Origin: Mobula hypostoma
Lineage: Eukaryota
Direction: 5' to 3'
Length of the DNA: 64,000 nucleotides
Assembly (NCBI RefSeq): GCF_963921235.1
Contig: NC_086108.1
Coordinates: forward strand, 39,000,001-39,064,000
In this document: one piece after another, positions 38,100 to 51,460 of the stretch
Position numbering within the stretch: position 1 is the first letter of the stretch
Layout of the letters: every line of letters starts with the position of its first letter
Notes under the pieces: model-generated
The model's input: only the letters and a program-made list of their open reading frames with translations
The model's database searches: none
What the model was told of the DNA's origin: nothing
Position numbers and translations under genes: made by a program

Positions 38100-39090
38100 T
38101 TCTATTGTGTCAATCATTAGGAGGTCAATCATCTCAGCCCCATGACGTCACAGCAGGAGTTCACAGGCCCATCCATCTTTAGCTGCTTCATCAAATTCCT
38201 TAGTATATGATCACAAGTATAAATGCTTGCTGAAGATCATGCAAGTGACTTCATGATAGAAGGAAGGTCATTTTCAAAATCAGGAATGTCCATTTCCCTT
38301 TTCAGCTCATCGGAAATTGAATAAACAGATGGACAAGTTCAGGACTGGACTGAGACGTGGCAAGTAATATTTGCACCTTAAAGTGATGGACACTGAATTT
38401 CACTTACATTGCTTGATCTTCATCTGTATTACTCATGCTGAGTCCCTACCATTCTAGAGGCACTATTGACCAGAAAATGGATTCAACCCAACACAAAACC
38501 ACTGCAGCTGGGTACCCTTGGTTGTGTGATTTATCTCCCGAATAATCAAAGCCTTTCCACCATCTGGATGGCAGAAGTCAGGGGTGCGACAGAGTAATCT
38601 TCACTTGCCTAGATCATGAATCTCCAACAACTTTCAACGAACTTATCATCATCCAGGTCAAAGCAAATTACTTGACTGGAACTTCCTCCATCACCATAAG
38701 CACTTACTGCCTCCACCAAAGGTGCAGAGTGACTGCAATGTGCACCATCTACAAATTGTTCTGCAGTTATTTGCCTACGCTACTCTGATAATACCTCCCT
38801 GAACCTGTAACCTCAGCCACCGAGAAAAATAAAATCTCAAACATGAGGATGGCCCACTTGCTGGTGTGTCCCATGATACACTCTATCCTGATGTGGGGGG
38901 TATATCACCTTCAACAACAATGTATCTAAAATACAGAGACCATGATTCTGCAGTACCATGGCAAAACCTTCACAAGGAGGCCAGTAGCAGTTCAAGACAC
39001 CAGGTCAGTACTTCTGCCGAGTGTAATTAGGGATAGGCAGGAAACACTAGCCTTGCCAATGATGCCCATATATCGTAAGTCAATAAAAAG
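38100..39090 (+). mobile_element. Old CR1/L2-group LINE 3' fragment
   Basis: Decayed GPSIFSCFI and WQVIFAP remnants; related to the minus-strand copy at 50330-51460. Confidence 0.55.
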
Positions 39091-39378
39091 CTGTACAGAC
39101 CAAGACAATGTTATAATTGCTGCATTAAGTATATGAAGCAAGGGCTGAAATCACACAAGTGGATGAAATGTTATCTGACTTCAGTGCTTTATGAAAGATT
39201 ATGTATTATTATGCAGATTAGTAAATGGAATGATGAATCACAACTATACTTCCAAATTAGAACATAATTTTGATTGTAATTTGCACTTCAATTTCAATAA
39301 AATTCAAAGATGATAAACTGATATGGAACAGTTGGCTAGGGGCAACTTGGAAACCGTCATCTAATGACATCCTCAACA

Positions 39379-39497
39379 CAAAATAATCTGCAGATGCTGT
39401 GATCAAAGCAACAAAACAACAAAAAATCAAAGAAACTCATCGTTTCTAACTGATGCTGCCCGACCTGCTGAGTTCATCCAGCGTACTGAAAGTGTTG
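39379..39497. mobile_element. Short head-to-head Penelope pLTR remnant
   Basis: Perfect 18-bp direct repeat ctaatgacatcctcaaca at 39361-39378 and 39498-39515. Confidence 0.8.
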
Positions 39498-39828
39498 CTA
39501 ATGACATCCTCAACAGAGAATGGGAACATCAACCACGATGCCCTCAGCTTTACTTTGCACAGAGAAAGGAAACAGCTACTAAACATGAAGTATCTGCTTC
39601 CAGACAAATATTTGGACCTCTCTGTAAAATAGGGTGTTGGGGACACACCTTCAGATATTACACATCTGAGAAAAAAGAAAATAGAGATTTAACAACCAAA
39701 GTGATCAGGGACTGTGGCACATTTAAAGTTAAGGATCATTTTGTTCTTCAGCAAGACTCACGTCAAATGCCCCACTTTGTGGGTAGCATGCTTACATTTA
39801 GCTGCAAGTATTCCATGAAGAGACTTAC

Positions 39829-39897
39829 ATATTTGTATGCTGTTTTCATTGCAGGATTTGCTTTTGTCATTACTGTATTTATTAGAGCTCCACCTTT
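39829..39897 (-). CDS. DENND1B: DENND1B-like exon: KGGALINTVMTKANPAMKTAYKY
   Basis: tttctttgcag acceptor and gtaagt donor; 69 nt, phase 0 to 0; conserved DENND1 segment. Confidence 0.92.
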
Positions 39898-39976
39898 CTG
39901 CAAAGAAAAAAAATCGGAATTAGAATCAGAATCAGAATAAGGGCATAAAATCAAAAGAAGGTGTACCTAGTCTCAC

Positions 39977-40017
39977 CTTGACTGTGCAGATCCATTGCTG
40001 ATAAGACTTCGAACTTC
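39977..40017 (-). CDS. DENND1B: DENND1B-like exon: (G)SSKSYQQWICTVK
   Basis: ccacag acceptor and gtgaga donor; 41 nt, phase 1 to 0; SYQQW..TVK motif. Confidence 0.9.
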
Positions 40018-40690
40018 CTGTGGATTAATTTGGGGAAAAAAATCCATTATTACAGCTATTAATGCATTGAAATCAGTTCACAGAGGATTAACCCAAACGA
40101 ATACCAAGGATAAGCAGAACAGTGAAATTACGAAGAAAAATAGATTAATATTTCTTTCTGGTAAGCTATAGAAGAGCAAAGTTAATGTTCATATTTTCAA
40201 AATTTAGAGGAAATATGGGGCTGTTTTAAGAATATGATTCATTTTCCTTTCTAAGTATGAAAACAAAGTTTCCAAAAGTCATTTAAAAATCTCACCTTTC
40301 AGTTAAGACCAAAACCTCCCACTCTCCATTTTATATACAAATGCTACAACATTACTCTGACCCCGATTATTCTATAATGTTCATAAACACCCACTGCCTA
40401 TTCCTGAATTAGTGCACAAAACTGAGCAAGTAATCCAAAATCACAGTGCTCTTCTACAATAATGTCAGCATTTGAAAGCAATCACTATCCCAACAAAACA
40501 AAATCAAGTCACCTCGAACAAAATCAGTGATCTAGTGACTGATCAATGGCCAGATCAGCCATTAATCTAGACCAAGAAAAAGGGAAGGTGGGTGGATTTG
40601 TGTCATTTGAAATGTGACAATCTCAAGGGGTATAAAACTAGAACATCTCTAAAATATTAACAATGAAGATATATACTTTTAGATTCTTAC

Positions 40691-40781
40691 CTCCACTATA
40701 GCCTCCAGCAGTGATCTCATCTTCAAAAATATCAGAAAATCCTTTCCCTGCATTTAATTTTTCCAATCTGCCATCAATAAA
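40691..40781 (-). CDS. DENND1B: DENND1B-like exon (end of dDENN, FxDxF motif): FIDGRLEKLNAGKGFSDIFEDEITAGGYSG
   Basis: cttttag acceptor and gtaaga donor; 91 nt, phase 0 to 1. Contains FIDGRL and the FSDIF (FxDxF, AP-2 alpha-ear binding) motif of connecdenns. Confidence 0.93.
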
Positions 40782-42837
40782 CTAAAAGATAAAAAGTGCA
40801 AGATTCAGTGAAGAAACTGGAAAGAAATAAAAAGCGTAAGTAGTGGGTGAGTTAGATTATTCCAGTTTAGTTCATTTTAAAAAGGAAAACCAAAACATAT
40901 TCATTTTTTGTTTACACTGCATATTACAAGATTCATTTCAAATCATCAGGTTAACGCTAGCTCATAGAGCAATCCCACTCCCTGATTAGCATCATCAAGT
41001 TTCACACGGAAACAGTGTTCCGTGATCGGGAAGGGCTTGAGGATGAATCAATGGTCCATGGACAGTTAGTTATTCTCAGCTAGCTCTTGCGTGAATACAA
41101 GAATCGACCTTTGACGGATGGGAAAAATGCAGCTAAGATTGGGAAGATTTTAGCCTCCTGCTATGCATGCTTATCTGAAGGAACACAATTTATCTGCTGA
41201 GCTGGAGCACTAACAGTTTAAGAACAAATCCAATGGTCAGTTGTCAGGTTCACACAATGTAACTATTTGTGAAACATCAGAGAACTGACATAGCCCATTG
41301 CCATTGGATCCAATACATGGCCTAAAGAAAATCCACTTTGGCAGCCTTGTGGCTCAAGCTATCGTAAAAAAAATCACAACTTTGAAAGATTTTAGCATAC
41401 TTCAGGACAGAGCTTTAAAAGTTTACTGTCTGGAACTTACAAAACAAAACTCCTTTGAGTTTAGCTTTCAAACCAAGGGAACTCAAACTGTTGGTTTTCT
41501 TACACAAAAATTTAGTTAACGCCTACAAATCCCACAGAAAATACAAATCAATATTACTACGTTATGGAGTATTCAGATGAAATGTATGCTTTTGGTCTAA
41601 TGTTGAATGTTTGAAGCCAACTTCAGTTAACAGAATTTGTCTGTAGTGTTGCCTTCTTTTTCACACCCCAGCATGAGAAACAAAGAAAACACAGGTCATT
41701 TCTTGGGAGGTAAAATTCAAAATCTCAAGGCTTTGTACCAGACAACTTAATTTGCAAGTATTATAAGGGCATGTTAAAATATATAGCCTTGTATTGCTAA
41801 TTCAGTTCATAACTTTTTCAGATGATCAGATCTCATTAAATAATATGTACAATTCCAAAAGATTTCAACCTATTTCATGATAAACCCTTCAAAATTTACA
41901 GAACATTTAAAAAAGCCTCCAATCATCTTGTTGCAGTTTGATAGCATCAATCACCATTTAAAAACATTTAGGCCAGAAAGTAGCTGTTCTTTTTGACTGA
42001 CTGGCATTAGCATAATCAATGGAAATAGATTCATAGATTTCACAAGTCATACAGCACAGGGTGTTCAGAGCGTACAGTAAGATATCAGCGTGTACAATCA
42101 CAGCAGCTGCTATGGGGTCAATCAAAGGTGTATTTTCCTTTTTAAACGTATTTTTTAATGATCGCAAAACCCTGTTGGACATAAGAACTTAAAGTACTGT
42201 AGGTCTACCCCGTTAGTGAGTTGCCCGTTGGCAGAGAAACTGAAGGAGCTGGTCTTGGTGAGGATCGTGCTGCATCAGAGGCATTGGTGTGTGAAGGAGG
42301 TCTGCAGTCCAACAGCAAGTGATCAGTCTAAGTCGCTTTTCTTGGGATCACGAGACCCTGTTGGACACTGTTAATGCGGGATGCTGCAAGTCCGATTCAC
42401 TAATTTATCGGCAGGTGACGGGAGCTGCGTGGCCTCATTCGTAGTGGGGACTAGGCCTCAAGCTGCAGCATCATCTGTTTACAGCCACTCAGGGAAGAGG
42501 CATCAGTGATGCTGCGCTCCATTGGAGGAGGCAATGTGGCACGACATCCAAGTTGGAGCCAGTGTTGCTCCCTAGTGTTTTCTCGGCAGAAGACAAGCCG
42601 TATTGTGCTTGACTGCAGATTTTTGCAACATTCTTGGACTCAGGGTCTTGGACGATATATTTTTTTGTGTGACTGTATCTTACCGATCTTCTATGTGCTT
42701 GCTATCTTACTGTATGTGTGCTATATGTGATTTGTGCTGTGTGTGACAGCCGGTATTGTGTGCTGCCCTTGGCCCTGGAATAATGCCATTTCATTTGGCT
42801 GTATTCATGTATGGTTGAATGACAATTAAACTTGAAC

Positions 42838-43225
42838 TAAGAACAGGCCCTTTGGCCCAACCTAACTGATACCCTGAATTATTTCCACTTCCCTGCGTTC
42901 GGACCAGGTCCTCTAAACCAGTGATTCCCAACCTGGGGTCCACAGACGCCTTGTTAATAGTCGGGGTTCATGGCATAAAAAAGGTTGGGAAACCCTGCTC
43001 CAAACCTTTCCTATTCATGCACTTATCCAGATGTCTTTTAAAAGTTATGGTAGAGACAGGCACAATTATGCTCTCTGGCAGCTTGTTCCATATGTCAACC
43101 ACCTTCTGTGTGTAAAATGTACAACTAAGGTCACCTTTAACTCTTTTCCTTCCAACCCTAAATCGATGCTCTTCACTTCTACACCCCCTTACCCTGGGAA
43201 AAGGACCGTGACCATTCACTTTATT
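42838..43225 (-). mobile_element. CR1 3' fragment containing a hAT MITE
   Basis: ORF remnant FYTQKVVDIWNKLP...FKRHLDKCM. Confidence 0.8.
42919..42997. mobile_element. 79-bp hAT-type MITE
   Basis: TIRs CAGTGATTCCCAACC / GGTTGGGAAACCCTG; 8-bp TSD ctctaaac / ctccaaac. Confidence 0.85.
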
Positions 43226-45304
43226 TATGGTGAAAAATATTTCTTTGACAGTGAAAGAAATAGAGTAAAACTATCCCGAATATCAAGGAAGATTCAGATA
43301 GAAGCTAAATGTGAAATGGACTGCTCATACTGAATGTAGATGTACTGCAGTCATTGGTAAGCTGATGCTGTGAGTTCAGTTGCTAATATGAAATAAGCTA
43401 AATTCCTGAAAAATCAAAACAATGGCAGAAGAAAATGGCATACAAATGATAGAAACCAGGCAGATATTCTATAACTTTTTTGGACAAAGTCCTACTTATT
43501 TTAAATGGGCCCTTTTCCAAGAAGAAAGGCCTTGGTTCATGGTCAGATCAGCGTATTTTATTGGATTTCACGTTGAGCAGAATAAGATAAAGACAACTGA
43601 GCTACCACAGAGCTCAAGTGCCTTTGAAGTGCTGGCTGCTATCGCTCTGAAAACTCAAGAAATTCTTCTGCCATGAGATAGCACTTGATTCATTGTCATT
43701 CTCCACATACTACTAAATCACATCAACTTACAACACGAGACAAATTATCGATGTCTAAACAGATGTTGTACAACAACTTACTCAGTACATATTTACCTCT
43801 CAAAATGAGGTAATACTCATCTGTTAATGCATTTGGTAATCAGTTAGCAAACACGCAAGAACGAAGATGTGAATAACAACTTTTGAAAAGTGGTGTAAAA
43901 CTATTTGGCCTTATGATTCAGAAATGCTGAGTAGAGTTAAATCAAAAACATAAGAAGGGAAGTTTCATGCACAGAGTTGTGGATATTGTGGAGGAGAATT
44001 TTATGTCCTAAGAATGAACTCAACAACACAAGACAGATGTTATAGATAGTAATTTAGGTCCTCAGCATCAGCATGACCGTTCCCTTCTCTTACCGTCCTT
44101 CACAACCTCCACACTTCTTCTTGAGTGTCAGGAAAACATCATCGAAAGACAAAAACGTGTAGAAGGATATCCAAATAGTGGAATGATCTGCTCCAGTACC
44201 CATGATTTTCTAAAACTGGTGTTTATGGAATTTTAGAGAAAATTAAAAGCTCTTAATTTAAAAAATGTCAACACACAAGAAATAGATCCGGATACGAGTT
44301 TGATGAGGAATCTCAGTTAGGTGAAGAATTGAAGATTGCCCCCTTTGCATCAGAGAACATTTGGAAGAGGTTTGATAATGATGAAGTATTTTTGAAGATG
44401 AAAGAGGAACAAACTACTTCAAATTACAAAAAGTGCATTAAGCAGAGGATTAAGATTCAAAGTGATTAGCATATGAACCAGGGTAGATTAGGAACAATAG
44501 CTGCCAGTTGTGATTTTAATGGTGGAAGCAGGTCATTGACAACTTGCAAAAGTTTGGATAAATAGCTTTGAGAGAGGAACAGAAGTATAATAGAACTGTG
44601 AAGAAAATAAGAGGAAGAGAGATTAATTAGATACTCCTCTGAAGACTCAGCTGAGAGACAATGGTTCAAAATGGCTTCTTTGTACTTCATTATAATGCAA
44701 ACAGAATTGAGGTGGAGTGTTTTAGATCATTAGTGAGAGAAATGTACTGACAGACTGATACCTCTAAAGGAGTTATACACCCCAGAAAACTCAAATTGAG
44801 AATAACTCAGGGAAGGAGAATATGTAGAGAAACATGGCTCGAGGAAACAATCACAAATTCGATGTAGTATTTTTCAGAGATGCTTTGAAAACTAATGAAC
44901 TAATTGCAGTACACAGGTGACACACCCTCCACCCACCAAATACCATGAGGCTTATGCCTCCTCAGTTCCTCAGGGTTGACAGATGCGAGAGATAAAGCAG
45001 TGAGCCAACTTCACATTCCACCCACAAGTTCTGCAAGTCCTAGTCTTTCTCTGAACAGTGATGTGATCTCTACCCACAAAGAACTTCTCCCTTGAGCATT
45101 TATCTATCTACCCATGAAGCTAATTGCCTCAATTACTCTGTGCTCCAAATTTAAACCGCACTCTCGACAAAGAATTCCTCTTGAATTCCCTATTGGAGTT
45201 ATTAATGAAAGTCATAATTAGGATCCCTCCCAAGAAGTGGAAGCATCCTCCCCAAAGTCTGGCTGGCACCTGTCATCATAATTTTGAAGATCCCTAATGG
45301 CCAC

Positions 45305-47050
45305 TGTTATGCTTTGTAATTCCAAAACATAAAGCTAATTGAAAGAAAACCATGGAGCAGGAGATAACTCATGTACACTTCATGTTTACTGAGGTATGCA
45401 GATATGACATGGTGGCATAATGACGTATGCCCTTCATATGTATGTCTTACATATAACCGGTAGCAGGAGAGACTTGTGACTGTGAAGCAATCTCAGGTTC
45501 TGAGGCCTCCTCCGTGGTGGTGGTAGGAGTTGACTCTGGGACTGCAGGAAGTGGTTCCGACAGCTCTGGACACCGTTCCTCTGGACGTGTTGGCATCCCG
45601 AGCAAGCTGCTCAATCTGTTGATCTATCCTAGGCCAGCAGACAAAGCTATGAGCTAACGCTTTTATTTTGACCTTGCCTAGATGACTGACTTGTAGCTCC
45701 TCCAACACGTAAGCTTTCAGCTTGGATGGTACAGCAACGGTCAATCCCCACATAAGGTAACCCCTGCCAAGAGCAAGCTCACTCTGGTGCTGGTAAAGAT
45801 GGGGGAAATAGAATTTCTGCTGTACATTCCAGTCATTTTGGGTGGACATGAAGAACTGAGAGTGTGGGGCCTTTTCTGGTGTTCCTTTTGATCATCTCCA
45901 CTGTAATAGGGTGATTTTTGATTTACATTAGGGAGAATATGTCAAGAGGAGTATCCTTTTTGGTAAATTTTTTCAGGTATTTCCTTTGCCAATGGTAAAC
46001 AGAACAATTCATCAGCATTTCCATGATTAGATATCCTCTTGAATTTGATCTTGTAATTGTGTCCTCCAAGAAATAGAACCCATCTCTGTATTTGTGCTGC
46101 AGTTAGTGAAACACCCTTCCATGGATTGAAAATGGACACTAATTGTTGAAAGCAGTAATGAAGATAAAACTCTCACCCTTACAAGTTCTGGTTGAAATGT
46201 TTTACACTCCAAGCCAGATTCAAGGCTTCTCTGTCAATCTGTGTGTAATTTTTCTCTGCTGCGGAAAGACAGTAATGCAAAGGGTATGGGGTGTTCATTT
46301 CCATCATGACACGTGACATGATTACATCTATTCCATAAGGCGAAGCATCACAGGCAAGCTTCAAAGAATAAGGTGGATCGCAATGTGTAAGTACGGGGTC
46401 TGACGTCACCATTTCCTTTTGTCTTTTGGAACACCACCTCACACTGTTTTGTTCATTGTCGTTTCTTCCCGATCAGTGGTAATGACTTCAAAGGGTGGAG
46501 CACAGTAGCCCCACAATGTTGGCCCTTCTGCTTTTACCACATACAAGACCAATGTGGCCCGTTGGTTATTGTATTTCACTGTTACAAATGTCATTCCCAC
46601 AGGATTTATCTTTTCTCTAGTGTAAGTTCTTAGTTGGATATCTGCAGGCTTCAGTTCAGTACCTTTGAAATACTGTTCAAACTCATTTTGTGAAATGACT
46701 GCAATAGCTGAGCCAGGGTCCAATTCCATTTTAACTAATTCACTTCTGGTGTAAGCCATTGTGGTTGTCTCTTGTTAGTTTTCACTTTGTAACTCTCAAG
46801 GCTACCCAGTCCATTTTCACTCTCATCATGATCAGATTTTTCCATCAACAGCTTGCAGATCAGCGCTCTTTTTGAAACTGCAACTTGATTTTTTAAAGCT
46901 TTTTCTCTTCCTTGTGCAATCCATTTATTTCTGTCTACCTGACATGCTCTTTGTATCTGTCCTACTTTATTGCATTTTCTGCAAGTTTCACCTTTAAACC
47001 TGCATTAGCCTAGTGTAGGTGAGTCCCCGCACAATGGCAACACTATTTGT
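45305..47050 (-). mobile_element. Gypsy/Ty3 LTR retrotransposon remnant, internally deleted
   Basis: Gag knuckle CRFKGETCRKCNKVGQIQRAC (about 46940-47005), protease MELDPGSA, RNase H LACDASPYG..AEKNYTQIDREAL and integrase N-terminus LEELQVSHLG..WPRIDQQIE, in PR-RH-IN order. Probable LTR piece ending ...CATAACA at 45305. Confidence 0.88.
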
Positions 47051-47302
47051 ATGTTGTTGTGTTCATTCCTGAAAGCTCTAGCATTGTACCTCATTCCCTT
47101 TTTTTTTGGCACAATTTCAGCATTTCTACAGCCTATATTGATCAAGATAACTGTATGGAGCAAAATGAGGCTTTTCAGACTGTGTCAACACCAGCCAAAC
47201 TTGGACCCTTTTCTGTTCTCAGTGCAGGATTTTCCTCTCCAAGTACATAGTATTGCCCCAGCAGCTTTTTCATATTAAAATAAATTCCTGTTTTAATTGT
47301 AC

Positions 47303-47404
47303 CTGCTTGAAGAGTTGAAGTTGCACAGCATTTTGAAGGAAGTGTTTTATAGTGCTGGCTCGATGGGCCACATAACTCTCTTCACAAAATGTAATTGGCT
47401 CTCC
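47303..47404 (-). CDS. DENND1B: DENND1B-like exon (dDENN domain): GEPITFCEESYVAHRASTIKHFLQNAVQLQLFKQ
   Basis: tttcag acceptor and gtacaa donor; 102 nt, phase 0 to 0; GEPITF...LQLFKQ is conserved in the DENND1 family. Confidence 0.93.
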
Positions 47405-50329
47405 CTGAAATTAAACATTTATAAGAAAATTATTCAAACACAAAATTTTCTTCTTAACAATTCACAGCATGTATATTTCTAATGCTATTGTTTCTTTTTC
47501 CCTAAAGAGGACTTGAAATGATCTAACCAATGTATTATGTTAATAAAAAACACAGATTATGTTCCATGTCGTCAAAGCAATGGTCAACAGGGAGCTTAGA
47601 AGATTCCATCTTAACATGTGAGAAACAAACTCGTCATTACTTAAAATATGTATAAGATGACTGAAATTAACTTCATTTAAAAATATAAAAATAAGCTATA
47701 GCCAATTAAGTAGAAAGCAAACTATTAACTGTCCTGCTCTAAAAACAAAAGGGATCTAGTACTTTCCCAGCATATATGACAAATAAACTCTTCATCTGAA
47801 GATGGCAGAGTTTGTCACTGAAACATCGGTTCTAATCGATATCTGCACCTGGCTGGAAGCCCAAGAAGTTTATTCATCCTGTTCTAATTTCCGTTAAAGA
47901 GTAGCCTATACAATTACACATTAGCAAGTGTGCTTTGCTCTTGAACTGTTATATTAAAACTGGATATGGATATTGAATCAGTTATTGGTTTGAGCCAGTG
48001 AAGAATATGTATGGTTAGTAGGTTAATTGGTCATGTGTATAATTGGACAGAGTGGGTTCGGGTGCTGTATCTCTAAATAAAAAATAATTAAAAATCTCAG
48101 TACCAACTGAAATAGAAATCTCTTGAAGTTAGAAGGGAATACAATCTTTATCTGCAGAGCTGGAGCACCAACAGTTTAAAAAAAAACATGCAACTGTTAC
48201 TTCCCAGGTTCACATAATGTACTTCTTGGTGCAAAATCAGAGAACAGATACAGTCCACTGCCATGGAAACCAATACATAGTCTATAGAAAACCCACTTTG
48301 ACACGCTTGTGGCTCAATTACTGTATAGATTATTTTTGGCTTAACGGTTGGCATTTAAATTTGCTTGGCTCAAGCCATTTTTTGATAGCTATTTCTCAGT
48401 GTCTGATTCAAATTGGACAAGACAGCTAAAGCCTAAGAAAGAGATAGACCAAAGCACACCTATGAAACACATAGAACCATCACAGAAAAAAGCGTGAACA
48501 TTACAGGTTACAGTCACAATCACATCTAGGTACTCACTCAAAAGGCTTAGCAACTACTGGGCATTCTATGATGCCAGAAATCCTGCTAGCTTTAAGTTCT
48601 GTTTAACAAATCTGCATGACTTTCAGAAATTCATCAAGATCCAGGGAAATATTACACAGCTGCCTTCCGAAGTCAAAGAAGAACATACGAAAACATATGA
48701 AGAAATGAGCAAATTTTGGGCAAAATATACACGATCTATGTAAGGAATTTAAAAAAGACACCAAGTGACAATAACCTAGAACTTTCTCTGTACGGGCTGA
48801 AAGCCAAGATGATCAATGGTTTCAAAAGGGAGTGGATAAAATGGAGGCATGGAACTGATGGCATTGCTCTGCAGAGAGCTGGAATACACTCAGTGGGCTG
48901 ATACCTCATATCACATAACAGATATTTTGATTTTTATTGCAAACATTCAAAAGCAAATGTATGAGATGCTATGTAGGTTTAAACACATGAAGGAAAACCT
49001 ATCCACAAATCTGCTTGAGGAAAACAAATTACCATTTAAATGGTTTGTGCCGCACTACTTTCATATTCTAGATCTGTGTTTCTTTCATAGAACACAGTAA
49101 GCAATTTTCTTCTGAAATGTAATGGGAGCAAATTATATTTATTGCCAATCTATTAATATTGGCAAGCATTGTCAGATGTATTCATGCTGATGAACAAGTT
49201 AATGTGCTGACTGAAAAGGGTATGGAGGTGGAGAGATAGCAAAAAATCTGTAATAACTTGGGTGCATGTTTTGGAAAAGTAGTTGCAAATTGAGACTTGC
49301 TGTATACCAATGAAATACTTCGTGTTTAATATGTTACGAAAATGGAGAAATAAACTAAAAACAGGAAAGTTTCAATTTAGATGTTGTAAAATGGTCTATA
49401 AATAATCTAGAGATGATCCAAATGATAAGGACCCTCCCATGCATCAAATAACTTCAAACATGAAACAGCTATTTGAATAATATACATAGTTCTGAATCAC
49501 CTTGAAATGCAAATGTAAGTTGTGTGCAAGATAAAATGCACAAAAAATAGGGTTGTGAAAATTTCTTTGAATCTTAATGTTTATTCATAATACATTATAA
49601 TAAATCATTACAAAAGCCCATATTTCTGTCAGGTAGACAGAAAATGATAATGTAATGGAAATTGCAAAGACTCTCTGGAGTGTGGTTTTCATTGCTGGCT
49701 GCACTCAAAGGACACTGTAAAAGAAGCCAAGGTTCCAAATGTAATGTTAATAGCAATTCATAAAATCATGGAGTGGGAACAATATTAACAATCTTTGCAC
49801 TATAGTTTGCAATCCATCAACAATCAACTATTATTAAAGCCAACGAGTAGCTTTTAAATACAAACAAAGCAATGACCTACAAGGCTGGGAAGGAAAAAAT
49901 ATTACCTACGATTAGCTACAAAGCACTAGGATGACAAAATTGGGCTTGTTCTACCCCACATCATAACTGCTGAAAATTCTTCAGTAGGATGCATTAAAAA
50001 GGTCTACTTTAGTAATTAAAACTAGATCAAGCCAGCAGATAATTACAATTTTCAGATGGCATATTAAGAAAAATCTGCAGATCTGTGAGAAAGGCAGAAA
50101 CTGTTCGAAACACTCAAAGGGTCAGGCAACATTTGCAGAGAGACTGTGTCAATGTTTCAATTCAAAGACACTGTCAGAACTGGGAAAGAGAGAAAACAAT
50201 CTACATCTTTCTCAGGTCTGATTAAACATTTTTGATCTGAAATGTTAACTCTGTTTCTCTTTTCCGTAGATGCTGCCTGATCTGCTGAGAGTTTCCAGTA
50301 TTTTCCGCTGTTTTCATTCATTTTTCAGG

Positions 50330-51460
50330 ATCTGAGCGCCTCTAGAATGGTCAGGGTTTACCAACCATCCCAATTGCTCCAGAAATGTTGGTGGTGATTT
50401 GCCTTTACGATCTACCTCAGGATGGCGCAGGACTTGGAGGATGAACAAACAGGGGCTGCCATGGTCCTTTTTGGTGGTAGAGTTTAAGGGTTTGGGAGCA
50501 GCTTTGGTAAGTATCTGCAGTACATTTTGGAGTGGACACCCTAGTGAAGGGAATTATTGTTTAGAATGGACAGGGTGCCGAACAAATTGGAAACACTGGC
50601 CTGGATGCTTTGCTCTCATCGGGACTTGTACCCGGTAGACAATTGAAAGGCATAGATGTGAGAGGAGGTGAATCACTTGCTAACAGATACCAAGCCTATA
50701 ACGTGCGCAGTGTTTGTATAGCTGATTCTGTAGTTTCTATCAACAATCAGACAGAGGATGCTAAGATTAGTTATGTTAATAGAGTTGATGTATTGTTGGA
50801 GACAGTCAATGCGTGACACTTCTGTGGAGTAAACGTTAATTGCCACTTATCAGTCCATGCCTGAAAATTAGCCAAGTCTTGCTGCTTGCACTGACTGCTG
50901 ATTGCATAATGATCATTCCCACTTGAACAGCCATGTATGACTGAGCTAAGGACATTGGTTAAACACCTGAAAATGTTTGGCCCTAGGACACTGCATGAGG
51001 AACTCCTCCAATGATGTCCTAGACCCATGATGAGTAAATTTCAAGAACCATCCTCAGCTGTGAGAGGCATGCCTTCAACCAGTGGAATGCATTTTCTTTT
51101 ATGCCTGTTGACTTCAGTTTTCCTGGTGCATATTGATGCTGCTCTGAGTCAAGTGCCGTCTTTGTGTTCCAAACAAATTTCTGTGCCATGTTTGGACCAA
51201 ACACTGTGAAGAATTTGAAGCCATGTGATCCTGGGGAAAATGTACACTGTGCACTAGTGTTGGGAGGATTATTGGTGAGCATAACTTGATAGCACCATTG
51301 GCAATATCTTCCAACACTTTGCTGATGGTCAAGAGTCCAGTATTGATTTGGATAAGAATTTGTCCTGCTATTTTTGTGAAAAGATATAACTGAGCAATCA
51401 ACTATATTGTCATGCTTCTGTCAGTTGTAATGGTATTGGAGCTGTTTGGCTAGAGATATT
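50330..51460 (-). mobile_element. Old CR1/L2-group LINE fragment
   Basis: Remnants SVLGPNIF, QQDLANFQAWTDKWQLTFTPQKC and KLKSTGI..WLK. Confidence 0.7.

Noticed and set aside
41005..41024. Iron-responsive-element-like hairpin CACGGAA-ACAGTG-TTCCGTG
   Set aside because: The CAGTG loop register and C-bulge do not fit the IRE consensus, and it is intronic and antisense to the gene.
1337..47404. Assignment as DENND1A or DENND1C
   Set aside because: The short C-terminus with DLLGEILDTLSTHSSDQGKL and AKSLDFF matches DENND1B, and the long proline-rich DENND1A tail is absent.
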